Positions 18,421-27,368 of a stretch of DNA of 49,727 nucleotides are shown here, piece after piece. This DNA is from an uncultured Bdellovibrionales bacterium (lineage in GTDB: Bacteria; Patescibacteriota; Minisyncoccia; Moranbacterales; UBA1568). Each line of letters begins with the position of its first letter. Position 1 is the stretch's first letter. Where the stretch lies: assembly GCA_964580285.1 (NCBI GenBank), contig CAZOKB010000008.1, positions 1-49,727 of the forward strand, in the 5' to 3' direction. The notes beneath the pieces were generated by a model. It worked only from the letters and a program-made list of their open reading frames with translations, was not told the origin of the DNA and ran no database searches. Made by a program: the position numbers and the translations under genes.

Positions 18421-18527
18421 AGGCGTTCCCTTAAAAAAATTATACGCCCTCCCCTTGCTGCCTATTATACATAAAAAAATCCCCTGTACCAAGCCACTTT
18501 TCATCACATTTCAGAAGAATGTCAAAC

Positions 18528-18557
18528 AAAAAAATGGCCCCAGCTGGGGTCATTTTA
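18528..18557. terminator. Terminator downstream of rplK-rplA
   Basis: aaatggcccc-agct-ggggtcattt with flanking A/T runs. Confidence 0.7.
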
Positions 18558-18574
18558 TATATTCAACATCGCTG

Positions 18575-18658
18575 CTCTGGATTCCGAAAGAGATTATTTC
18601 TGCTGCCCGAGACTTCCGAGGCGATAGCGAGGAAAGAATCTGCTTTTGGAATCCAGAG
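18575..18658. other. 84-nt imperfect hairpin in the rplA 3' region
   Basis: ctctggattcc / ggaatccagag perfect 11-bp closure, extended by gaaag-agatt-a-tttc / gaaa-g-aatct-g-ctttt. Confidence 0.65.
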
Positions 18659-18680
18659 ATGATTTTCCTTATAGCTATGC

Positions 18681-19370
18681 TTACGCCTTGAGACGGATGC
18701 TCGGCCCCATCGTCGTGCAGATCGACATAGTCTCGATGAGTTTGCCCTTATGCGCTTCCGGTTTGGCCTTGTTGATAGCTTCCATGAGAGCCGTAAAGTT
18801 CTCTCCGATCTCCGCTGCTGAGAAAGAAAGTCGGCCGATAGCCACATGAATATTCGCTGTGTCATCATTCTTGAAACTCGCTTTCTTTCCCTTCTTGAGA
18901 GCTTCGACGGTCTCAGCAATCTTTGGAGTCACTGTTTCGGTCTTCGGGGACGGCATCAAGCCCTTTGGCCCGAGGATCTTGGCGATAAGCGCGAGCTTTG
19001 GCATCATTTCTGGAGTTGCCACCAAAATATCAAAATCAGTGCCTGGATTTACTTTTCCTTCTTTGATACTCGCAACCAGTTCTTCGCCACCCACAACATC
19101 AGCCTGAGCCTCTTGAGCTTCTTTTTCCTTGGTTGAGGTCACCACCGCTACCTTAAGCGCGCGGCCGGTACCATGCGGCAACACCACGGTCGCACGGACT
19201 GCCTCATCTGACTTCTTCGGGTTGATCGAGAGATGCATGTGCACCTCAACTGATTCGTCGAACTTAGCCATCTTGTGTTCCTTCATAAAAGCAATGGCCT
19301 CCTCGACTTCGTATTCCTTCTTCGTATCCAGGAGCGCTATAGCTGCCCGGTAGGTCTTTCCTCTTTTCAT
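18681..19370 (-). CDS. rplA: 50S ribosomal protein L1
   Basis: KFDESVEVHMHL, VRATVVLPHGTG, LGPKGLMPSPK, CTTMGPSI; start set at ATG 19370. Confidence 0.97.
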   Translation of the reverse strand: MKRGKTYRAAIALLDTKKEYEVEEAIAFMKEHKMAKFDESVEVHMHLSINPKKSDEAVRATVVLPHGTGRALKVAVVTSTKEKEAQEAQADVVGGEELVASIKEGKVNPGTDFDILVATPEMMPKLALIAKILGPKGLMPSPKTETVTPKIAETVEALKKGKKASFKNDDTANIHVAIGRLSFSAAEIGENFTALMEAINKAKPEAHKGKLIETMSICTTMGPSIRLKA

Positions 19371-19431
19371 ATGATGGTTCGTGGTACCAGCGTCTGTTTT
19401 ACATTCAGACTCCCACAAATTAATGGATAGA

Positions 19432-19857
19432 TTATTCCGTCACCTTGATACCCATGGAGCGAGCGGTCCCTTCAATAATACGCATCGCCATTTCCACATC
19501 ATTGGCCGACAGGTCGACCAGTTTCTTCTCAGCGATCTCGCGTACCTGAGCCTTGGTAATACTTCCGGCTTTGTCCTTAAGGGGGTTAGCAGCACCCTTC
19601 TCTACCTTCGCAGCCTTCTTGATGAGATCTGAGGCTGGTGGCGTTTTCAAAATGAATGAGAACGTCCGATCTTCATACACCGTGATCTCGGCTGGATAAA
19701 TATCCCCTATCTTGTCTTTGGTTTGCTCATTGAATTTTGAACAAAAATCCTGGATATTGAGACCGTGCTGACCGAGAGCTGGACCAACCGGAGGAGCCGG
19801 ATTGGCTTTACCAGCCGGGATCTGCAATTTGATGACTGTCTTGATTGCCTTCGCCAT
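19432..19857 (-). CDS. rplK: 50S ribosomal protein L11
   Basis: [40 protein letters not shown]; start ATG 19857. Confidence 0.98.
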   Translation of the reverse strand: MAKAIKTVIKLQIPAGKANPAPPVGPALGQHGLNIQDFCSKFNEQTKDKIGDIYPAEITVYEDRTFSFILKTPPASDLIKKAAKVEKGAANPLKDKAGSITKAQVREIAEKKLVDLSANDVEMAMRIIEGTARSMGIKVTE

Positions 19858-19925
19858 AAACTTTGTTGAAGCGAGATGAGAAGCTGCGATAAACGCCACC
19901 CGCTATCATTAAAATATTTCTACCC

Positions 19926-20471
19926 CTACACTTTCTTCACCTGGAGGAAATCGAGTTCGACCGGAGTCTCACGACCAAAGATCGATACGAGTACCTTCAC
20001 CTTACCCTTGGCTTCGTCCACCCCTTCAATCTTACCTTCGAAATTCTTGAACGGACCATCCACAATCTTCACCATATCACCCGTATGGACATCCATCTTG
20101 TATTTTGGTTCATCTACACCCATGCGCTTCTTGAGCGTTTCGATCTCTTTTGGATCAATCGGGGTTGGCGTAGTGCCTAGGCCGATAAATCCGGTCACAT
20201 TCGGCGTGTTACGCACCACATACCACGAAGCATCGGTCACGATCATATCCACCAGCACATAGCCCGGATAGATACGCTCCTCCACCGTTACACGCTTACC
20301 GGCCTTGATCTTAATCTTCTTTTCCTTCGGTACGAGCACATCGAAGATATGGTCCTGCATATCCATCGATTCGATACGCTGACGCATATTGCGCGCAACG
20401 TTATCCTCATAACCAGAGTACGTATGAATCACGTACCAGGCACGTCCGTGGTGTTGTGTCTGTTTCGCCAT
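19926..20471 (-). CDS. nusG: Transcription termination/antitermination factor NusG
   Basis: WYVIHTYSGYE, IYPGYVLVDM, VRNTPNVTGF, KOW motif VKIVDGPF, SIFGRETPVEL. Confidence 0.98.
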   Translation of the reverse strand: MAKQTQHHGRAWYVIHTYSGYEDNVARNMRQRIESMDMQDHIFDVLVPKEKKIKIKAGKRVTVEERIYPGYVLVDMIVTDASWYVVRNTPNVTGFIGLGTTPTPIDPKEIETLKKRMGVDEPKYKMDVHTGDMVKIVDGPFKNFEGKIEGVDEAKGKVKVLVSIFGRETPVELDFLQVKKV

Positions 20472-20510
20472 AACCCTGTTTGAAAAAAATGATTGATGTA
20501 ATGATGGAAC

Positions 20511-20702
20511 CTAGACCGATTGCAGGAGAAACCTCTCCACCAGCCAGCTGAAGGTTGCGTCTAACGTACCGAGAAATACCGCTACAAAGAGACTGATTCC
20601 TACCACGAGCAGCGTGTAGCGAATGACTTCTTTGCGACTCGGCCAATTGACCCGCAACAGCTCTGATTTTGCCTCCCGAAAGAACCCGATAATAGCGTTC
20701 AT
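20511..20702 (-). CDS. secE: Preprotein translocase subunit SecE
   Basis: FFREAKSELLRVNWPSRKEV plus TM; upstream of nusG; start ATG 20702. Confidence 0.95.
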   Translation of the reverse strand: MNAIIGFFREAKSELLRVNWPSRKEVIRYTLLVVGISLFVAVFLGTLDATFSWLVERFLLQSV

Positions 20703-20744
20703 ATTTTCCGGATTTAAAAAAGCCCCGAGGGCCTTGTTAATGAG

Positions 20745-20773
20745 AGGATACCAATTTTTCCTATTCTTGTCAA
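20745..20773 (-). promoter_or_regulatory. Sigma70 promoter TTGACA-17-TATCCT for secE-nusG-rplK-rplA
   Basis: Read directly on minus strand. Confidence 0.7.
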
Positions 20774-20801
20774 CGCACACTACCTTCAGATAGCGTTCTT
20801 T

Positions 20802-21341
20802 TTAAAAAAGTTCGACTTCATCGAAAAAGCGCTTGTATCGGTCCAAAGTCGAAAGAGCCTCCTCTCGGCTGATCTGGTATTCACGGTTCTGAATGATGGC
20901 GTTGCGCACCTGATGAGCGGTAAGTAATCCTGGTCGGGACTCAAGCTGAGCATCCGTCACTGCCGCCAACCGGACATCCATATTCTCGCCCTTCCAACCA
21001 ATGCCCGAGAGAATTTCTTCTGCCAAGGCTTCGGCTTCCAATACAGCCACCTTATATTGTGATGGATTACCAGACTCAAGTCGCTCGAGAATCTTTTCCC
21101 ATCGGATAATCATTTTGCTCTTTGAAATAAGTGGCCGATTGGTACCGTGAAGCATGACTTGCAGATCGCCCTTCACACCACGCAACCACAAAAGCAATAT
21201 CAAATCCATCGTGAGCACCATCACATACACCAACAAAAATGACTTTATCGCTAGAAAGAGAAAAGAATGCTGGATAAAATCAGCAGCATACACCAGCCAC
21301 TGTCCTCCAATGTCGTAGTATGCGAACGGATCTGTATTCAT
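20802..21341 (-). CDS. Conserved hypothetical membrane-anchored protein
   Basis: N-terminal TM, then helical domain (WEKILERL..YKVAVLEAE..AHQVRNAII); start set at ATG 21341 so it does not overlap gatA. Confidence 0.75.
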   Translation of the reverse strand: MNTDPFAYYDIGGQWLVYAADFIQHSFLFLAIKSFLLVYVMVLTMDLILLLWLRGVKGDLQVMLHGTNRPLISKSKMIIRWEKILERLESGNPSQYKVAVLEAEALAEEILSGIGWKGENMDVRLAAVTDAQLESRPGLLTAHQVRNAIIQNREYQISREEALSTLDRYKRFFDEVELF

Positions 21342-21372
21342 AAACTCTTGTGTATTTTTTTTGACTCTACCG

Positions 21373-22818
21373 TTATTGTGCTGTTTCGTATTGGTGAGCC
21401 AGCGCAAGCATACCTTCTTCATCAAACCACTTCGCCTGAAGCTGGCCTCCCAGTGGCAGATCCTTGCCATCCTCTTCTATAGTTCCGATCGGAAACGAAA
21501 GCGCTGGCACTCCAGCCAAATTAGCGGTCACCGTATAGATATCGGATAGGTACATTTTAAGAGGATCATCTGCCTTGGCCCCAAATTTGAAGGCAACTTC
21601 CGGAGCGGTTGGTGAGAAAATAAAATCCACTGTCTCATAGGCGCGCTCAAAATCCTGTCGAATCAACTGGCGTACCCGCTGCGCTTTTTTGTAATACGCA
21701 TCGTAGTACCCGGCAGACAACGTATACGTTCCCAGCATAATGCGTTTCTTGACCTCAGCCCCAAATCCATAGGCTCGACTATCCAGATACGTTTCCAAAA
21801 GTCGGCTCGTCGTCGCCATGCGGTCTTTTTCATCATTCACCCGTAATCCATACTTAATGCCATCAAAACGAGCGAGATTCGAACTGACTTCCGAGGGCAT
21901 AAGAATATAGTAAACCGGCAGCGCGTATTCTGCGTGCGGCAGAGAAATCTCCTTCACAGAAACTCCGAGCGATTTGAAACGCTCGAGCGCCACCTCAGCC
22001 ACCGCCCGGACTCTCGGATCCAAGGCATCAGAGAAATACTCTTTCGGGATACCGACTGTCTTCCTGTGCATATCCAGATCAAGAAAATCTTCAAAGCGCT
22101 TACTCGGAAGATCAGCCGTGGTAGCATCAAGCCGATCAAAACCAGCAATGCGCGACAGCACAATTGCCGCATCTTCGACCGTCTTCGCGAACGGACCGAT
22201 CTGATCAAGACTGGAGGCCATGGCTAACAAACCAGAGCGTGACACACGACCATAGGTCGGCTTCAAACCCACCAACCCACAGAATGATGCTGGCTGACGA
22301 ATGGATCCGCCCGTATCTGATCCCAAAGACCACACCGCCATATCAGCTGCTACTGCTGCTGCCGAACCACCCGATGAACCACCCGGAACACGTTCTGGAT
22401 CAACAGGATTCTTCGTCTTCTGATAGGCACTCGTTTCGGTTGATGAGCCCATGGCAAATTCATCCATATTGGTCTTACCCAGAGCCACCATATCAGCCGC
22501 GCGCAAATGCTCAATCACGGTCGCATCATACGGAGCAATATAATTATCCAGGATCCTCGAACCAGCGGTGGTCCGCTCACCAGCCATACAGATGTTATCT
22601 TTGATAGCACCGGGTATGCCCGCCAAGAGATCAATACCTTCTCCACGCATGATCTTCTTATCAACCGCTTCCGCCTCTCTCAAGGCAGCTTCTTTACGCA
22701 CCGTAAGAAAAGCCTGGATCTCCGACTCCTTCGATGCAATCGTTGTAAAATACCGTTCAGTCAACTCGACAGCCGTCAGGTTTCCCGATTTCAGTTGTTC
22801 ATGCAGTTCGCGAATCAT
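21373..22818 (-). CDS. gatA: Asp/Glu-tRNA amidotransferase subunit A
   Basis: GKTNMDEFAMGSSTE, VPGGSSGGSAAAV, GSDTGGSIRQPAS, RIMLGTYTLSAGYYDAYY. Confidence 0.98.
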   Translation of the reverse strand: MIRELHEQLKSGNLTAVELTERYFTTIASKESEIQAFLTVRKEAALREAEAVDKKIMRGEGIDLLAGIPGAIKDNICMAGERTTAGSRILDNYIAPYDATVIEHLRAADMVALGKTNMDEFAMGSSTETSAYQKTKNPVDPERVPGGSSGGSAAAVAADMAVWSLGSDTGGSIRQPASFCGLVGLKPTYGRVSRSGLLAMASSLDQIGPFAKTVEDAAIVLSRIAGFDRLDATTADLPSKRFEDFLDLDMHRKTVGIPKEYFSDALDPRVRAVAEVALERFKSLGVSVKEISLPHAEYALPVYYILMPSEVSSNLARFDGIKYGLRVNDEKDRMATTSRLLETYLDSRAYGFGAEVKKRIMLGTYTLSAGYYDAYYKKAQRVRQLIRQDFERAYETVDFIFSPTAPEVAFKFGAKADDPLKMYLSDIYTVTANLAGVPALSFPIGTIEEDGKDLPLGGQLQAKWFDEEGMLALAHQYETAQ

Positions 22819-22828
22819 GGAGGCTGTA

Positions 22829-23116
22829 TTAAAATACCGATTTTACTTTGAGAAATTCATCTTTGGATTCAGGGAAGTCTTGCACGATACCTTCTCGCAC
22901 TGCTAGCGGAGCCTTGAGAGCCACATCGCTCCGCGCCACATCGCTCCGACCAGTGATGTTTCCTATCACTTCCGTGTCTTCAGTCTCCACTTTTGATAAT
23001 GCTTCTACCCATGCCAAAACCGTCGAAAGGTCTTTTTGATACTTTTCGACTTCCGCCTCCGACAGCCCAATCCTAGCAAGGAGAGCGATATGCTGTATTT
23101 CTTCTTTGGTTAACAT
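22829..23116 (-). CDS. gatC: Asp/Glu-tRNA amidotransferase subunit C
   Basis: MLTKEEIQHIALLARIGL ... FLKVKSVF; directly upstream of gatA. Confidence 0.92.
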   Translation of the reverse strand: MLTKEEIQHIALLARIGLSEAEVEKYQKDLSTVLAWVEALSKVETEDTEVIGNITGRSDVARSDVALKAPLAVREGIVQDFPESKDEFLKVKSVF

Positions 23117-23393
23117 AGCTTCAATATTTTTCAATTTCTCATTTCAAATATATTTTTCCAGTATCCGTCCACTCTAACACTGTTGTACCATCTTTCGCAA
23201 AGTGATGCGAGGCGTGATCGATGATCCACTCACTGCTTGTTCATTGAGCATTTTAACACTCTCTGCTTTTTCAAGCGACCACTCTGAACGGAGATTAGCG
23301 GGCGACACCAAATACGCCCTGCCTCATCGGTCGCTATTACAACCTTCTTCAACAGTATCAGTTGCAAAATGATTGTTTGAAAATGAAGAATTG

Positions 23394-23870
23394 CTACAAA
23401 ATTTTCATACCATCAATCTTCTCTACTCTTCGAATAAATCTCTCTTCGTTAAGGAACCTTGTCTGTAGAAAAATTTCGATTGCCTTATAAACATCCTTTG
23501 TCTCAATAAAACGCGTAGCAATAGCCAATGCATTGATGTCATCGTGTTCTCTATAGTTTTTTATAATTTCAAAGTCACCGCCATACCAAACACCACATCG
23601 AACATGCGAGTATCTATTTAAAACGATTGACTCACCCATTCCAGACCCTCCAAAAACAATAGCTCTTTGTTTTGGGTACTTCGAAAGCTCACACGCGAGA
23701 GGATGTAATATATCAGGATAATCATCATGCTGATCAAATATCTCTGGACCAAAGTCAGATATACTAAATCCTCTTTCTATTAAAAACAACTTGACGTTCT
23801 CTTTCAAGAAATACCCAGCATGATCACCACCGAGATAAATTAGAGATTTCTCTTTTTCCATAGCTACCAC
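23394..23870 (-). CDS. rpiB: Ribose-5-phosphate isomerase B family protein (Glu-base GGSGxGE type)
   Basis: GGDHAGYFLKE, DDYPD, FGGSGMGESIVLNR, REHDDINAL. Confidence 0.88.
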   Translation of the reverse strand: MVAMEKEKSLIYLGGDHAGYFLKENVKLFLIERGFSISDFGPEIFDQHDDYPDILHPLACELSKYPKQRAIVFGGSGMGESIVLNRYSHVRCGVWYGGDFEIIKNYREHDDINALAIATRFIETKDVYKAIEIFLQTRFLNEERFIRRVEKIDGMKIL

Positions 23871-23872
23871 AA

Positions 23873-25081
23873 CTATACTTTGAATTCATTGACTAAAACT
23901 TCCGTTCCAAGACCGCTTCCAAAAAATCTTTCTTTATCATCAGAAGTAAGTTGCGATGTCCAATTTGAAGCACCGCCATCAATCAAGCTTATTTCTTGGT
24001 CATTACGATTTGTTGCCTTGATCTTGAAGCAAATTCCGTCATAATAACCTATCCCGGCAGTTCTGGATAAATCATAGACGAATCGAACATTCGGGTAGTC
24101 ATTTCTCAGTACCTGAACCTGCTCTCTATCCATCTTCTTTAGTGTACTTATGGCACGATTCATGCTCTTATCCGGATTAAGAAGACTAAAACTATGAATA
24201 TCATCAATTTTTCCTGGCAATCTTATACCAGCAATCTCCAAAATATCAATACCCTTCTTCCGCGTACCCTCAATAACATCCCTTCTACTGATAACCCCTT
24301 CTGCAATAAGACTGTTTATTACATTGATATCCGATAAATAGACCGTGATACTATGTAGAGAATACTCACCCATATTATTCAGTTTTTCAAAACATCCAAG
24401 CCAATAATGCAGGTGCATGAGTTGTTCGTCTTTTTCAAATTCGTATCTGCCGATATCACGACCTGCAGACGTAAGCGTAAATGATGAGAAGTGCTGACGC
24501 AGGTGTTTTTGTGTAAAAACCTGTCCCCTCAATTCTCTGTGTGCATTTGCAAGATGAACGCGATCTATGGCCCGTCTCTCGGAAGAAAACCATCTCTTGT
24601 CATCCATTCGTCTTTTCGCAGACTCTAGGGCCATCACAACTGAAGTATCATTTACAACTTCGACCGGCCTAATCGTTTGTAATATAGTTTTCGGATCGAT
24701 CTTGGTCAAAACACTACTCACTCCAATAGGAGCCACTGGAGAAATCTCAACAAAATCAAAAGAGTCTGGTAAATCCTTTATTAGCATTAACTCCAATTTC
24801 AATCGCTCTTTCGCATCAATATCTGATGGACGAGAAAATCTGTTTTCGCGATAGTTATCCATAAGATCAGAAGCAGAAAGCTCCCTAATCTTTTTCTCAT
24901 ACATATTCATTAAGGCACTCCCAAGTTCCGAAAAACTCAACTCCCCCATCTTCTCCATAGCATTTCTTGTTGGTTCATCGAAACGTTTTTCAATAAGATC
25001 AGCATTCTGCGATTCAACCTTATCATCCTTCGCTTGTTTGACTCCTGCCGGATCCTTATAAAAAGGGTTTTCAATATTCAT
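23873..25081 (-). CDS. Hypothetical protein with class II aaRS (HisRS/HisZ-like) catalytic-core motifs, no anticodon domain
   Basis: HRELRGQVF..HFSSF (motif-2-like), DLSRTAGIGYYDGICF (like the HisRS RGLDYYTG loop), IDGG and GSGLGTE (motif-3-like). Confidence 0.5.
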   Translation of the reverse strand: MNIENPFYKDPAGVKQAKDDKVESQNADLIEKRFDEPTRNAMEKMGELSFSELGSALMNMYEKKIRELSASDLMDNYRENRFSRPSDIDAKERLKLELMLIKDLPDSFDFVEISPVAPIGVSSVLTKIDPKTILQTIRPVEVVNDTSVVMALESAKRRMDDKRWFSSERRAIDRVHLANAHRELRGQVFTQKHLRQHFSSFTLTSAGRDIGRYEFEKDEQLMHLHYWLGCFEKLNNMGEYSLHSITVYLSDINVINSLIAEGVISRRDVIEGTRKKGIDILEIAGIRLPGKIDDIHSFSLLNPDKSMNRAISTLKKMDREQVQVLRNDYPNVRFVYDLSRTAGIGYYDGICFKIKATNRNDQEISLIDGGASNWTSQLTSDDKERFFGSGLGTEVLVNEFKV

Positions 25082-26334
25082 AAGGTACCAACATTATATG
25101 TTATCAATTCATCTAGTCGAGATTTTATTTCCTCGATTTCTTCCATATTTTTCGTAAAATAAGAAAACTCAAAAATCGGGGAAGGGGTGTTTGGGTATGT
25201 CTTCAGCGTATCCCCGATTTTTGCCATGAGTTTGAAATAATTGATGCCTTTGATTTGAGAAAATTTCTCGTATCCATATACACCCAAAAGTACCCCGGGC
25301 GACTGTATGTCAGGATAATAAAGCGCATGATAGTTTATCCCGAACGGACTGAAATCTTTCGGGATAGATTCACCAAGCCAATTCGAATACATAAGATCAA
25401 TCATATCAATGCCATACACTCTATCATACGTCTCATGAATCAGCGCTCCAGCCATCCTCCCAGCAATTTCTATAAGATACGGGATGCCGTCCTTTATTCT
25501 AAATTCCGCATGAAAAGGAGCGTACCCGAAGCCCAATACGTCCACGACATTTTTTAATGCATCCTTAACGGCGGATGATTCAACTTCGCTCAGTTGAGCC
25601 GGGATATAACTTGCCACTTGAGTGAAATACGGCTCTTCCCCCATAATAAACTCTATAGAGCCGACAATCGAAACATCACCGCGAGAGACAAACCCGTCAA
25701 CAGAAATCATTTTTCCTGGTATGTATTCTTCTACAAGCATATTACCTGAAAAATACCGAAATGACTCCCTGATTTCCCGATTCACTGTTTTTGAGATCCT
25801 GTCAGCCAAATCGTCATAATCAAAATTATTGTCACGAATCATAAAGACTCCGTGGCTTGTCGTTCCGAATTGTGGCTTAATAACACAAGGTTTTGGAAAT
25901 CGTTCCAAAACAATACTATCCTCACGATCGTAGATATTGAACGGAGCAAACTTTGGCTGCATCACCTTCCCGGATGTAGCCACTTTTGTTCGCATAGCCA
26001 ACTTATTACTCGAAGTGCACCTTGCTGCCAATTGCCCGATACCATTACAACCCAATAAAGCAGCGAGATCTGCGGTAGCCACCACAAGATCGTCACTAAA
26101 AGTTCCAATAGCATCTATCTTTAAACCATTCTTCTGAATAAAAAAGAATGTTTTCTCTACCATATTTTTGGCGTCAAATACATCGGTAATTATGACGTCG
26201 GTATCCGCAATGTACTTCTTAAAAAAATCCTTAGGCTCGCTTGCCACCATGATGATGCGATAGCCCTTCTCTTTTGCTTTCTTCAGAAGAAATTCTTTTG
26301 CCGTACAGTGTTCAACTAGAAGAATGGTTTTCAT
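25078..26334 (-). CDS. ATP-grasp ligase, L-amino-acid ligase-like
   Basis: NKLAMRTK, PCVIKPQFGTTSHGV, LVEEYIPGKMISVDG, FHAEFRI, LIEIAGRMAG. Confidence 0.88.
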   Translation of the reverse strand: MKTILLVEHCTAKEFLLKKAKEKGYRIIMVASEPKDFFKKYIADTDVIITDVFDAKNMVEKTFFFIQKNGLKIDAIGTFSDDLVVATADLAALLGCNGIGQLAARCTSSNKLAMRTKVATSGKVMQPKFAPFNIYDREDSIVLERFPKPCVIKPQFGTTSHGVFMIRDNNFDYDDLADRISKTVNREIRESFRYFSGNMLVEEYIPGKMISVDGFVSRGDVSIVGSIEFIMGEEPYFTQVASYIPAQLSEVESSAVKDALKNVVDVLGFGYAPFHAEFRIKDGIPYLIEIAGRMAGALIHETYDRVYGIDMIDLMYSNWLGESIPKDFSPFGINYHALYYPDIQSPGVLLGVYGYEKFSQIKGINYFKLMAKIGDTLKTYPNTPSPIFEFSYFTKNMEEIEEIKSRLDELITYNVGTL

Positions 26335-26348
26335 ATTTGATCACATCC

Positions 26349-27368
26349 CTAATTTACAGCACATTCTCCGAGAGATATTATGTTAGATCGTGTATCCAGT
26401 TTCACCACAACTCCCAATGGAAAAGTCAGGATAGGTTTCGTATGTCCGCAATCCACATTCGTTAAAGTCGGTATATTATACTTTTTGGAAATCTCTAGGA
26501 AAATACTTTCTAGAGATCTCTTCTTTTCATTTATCTCTTCAAAGCTGCCGCTTGGTTTAGCAAAAATAAGTCCATTTATCTTGCTGAAAATTCCCTTTCG
26601 CTCCAGCTCAATGAGATATCTTTCATACCAATCCGTAGATAATCCTTCTTCCTCAAGAAAAAGAATGGCTCCGGTTACATCGAAGAAACCATCTTCGTGC
26701 ATCAGCATCGAAAATGTCTGCAAGTTTCCGCCGAAAAGAAGCCCCTCTGTTTCCATCTTTGGGCCAAATGACTTCATTGCTGGTGATTCTTGCATAATCA
26801 GATTCTTCGTATCATCCCTCCCCCAGTACTGATTATCTATCGTGTACATTTTCGAAAATGGAAACGTATCACCGCATCCCGCCTGACCGCTGACAATTTT
26901 TTCAAAATGTTCAAACGTAAACGAAACAGCCCCTTCAAACTCACCGAAGCTTGGAAGTAGTGTTGGGCCATGAAAAGTTACTAATTCGCTTTTTGACGTA
27001 ATCATCAATAAAAGAGTCGTGATATCAGAATAACCACAAAATATTTTTGGGTTCCTTCTTATAAGCTCATAATCGAGCAGGGAAAGCACCGCATTTGCCG
27101 TTAACCCCCCGGTTGAACAAACAATGGCGGAAACTTCAGAATCAAGAAAAGCATCGTGAATATCTGCCGCCCTTTGCTCGGCCGTTCCACCACTATATCC
27201 ATCAGTCGCCAATGCACTTGGCATCATTTTTACCTTGTAACCTTTTCTTTCCAAGAAGCCTATTGCTCTTTGTGTTCTTTCGGAAAATCTCACAATATCA
27301 GAAGACGGGCTTACGATAGCTATCGTGTCACCCCTCTTCAGCGCTCTCGGTTTGATGTAATTTTTCAT
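26349..27368 (-). CDS. S66 family serine peptidase (LD-carboxypeptidase / microcin C immunity MccF-like)
   Basis: LKRGDTIAIVSPSS, GYSDIT (catalytic Ser), LFGGNL, LFLEE (Glu), CGHTKP (His). Confidence 0.92.
   Translation of the reverse strand: MKNYIKPRALKRGDTIAIVSPSSDIVRFSERTQRAIGFLERKGYKVKMMPSALATDGYSGGTAEQRAADIHDAFLDSEVSAIVCSTGGLTANAVLSLLDYELIRRNPKIFCGYSDITTLLLMITSKSELVTFHGPTLLPSFGEFEGAVSFTFEHFEKIVSGQAGCGDTFPFSKMYTIDNQYWGRDDTKNLIMQESPAMKSFGPKMETEGLLFGGNLQTFSMLMHEDGFFDVTGAILFLEEEGLSTDWYERYLIELERKGIFSKINGLIFAKPSGSFEEINEKKRSLESIFLEISKKYNIPTLTNVDCGHTKPILTFPLGVVVKLDTRSNIISLGECAVN

Noticed and set aside
18575-18658. SRP (4.5S) RNA call for the post-rplA hairpin, also considered for 7731-7948
   Set aside because: The conserved CAGG - stem - GNRA - stem - AGCA arrangement is not complete on either strand.
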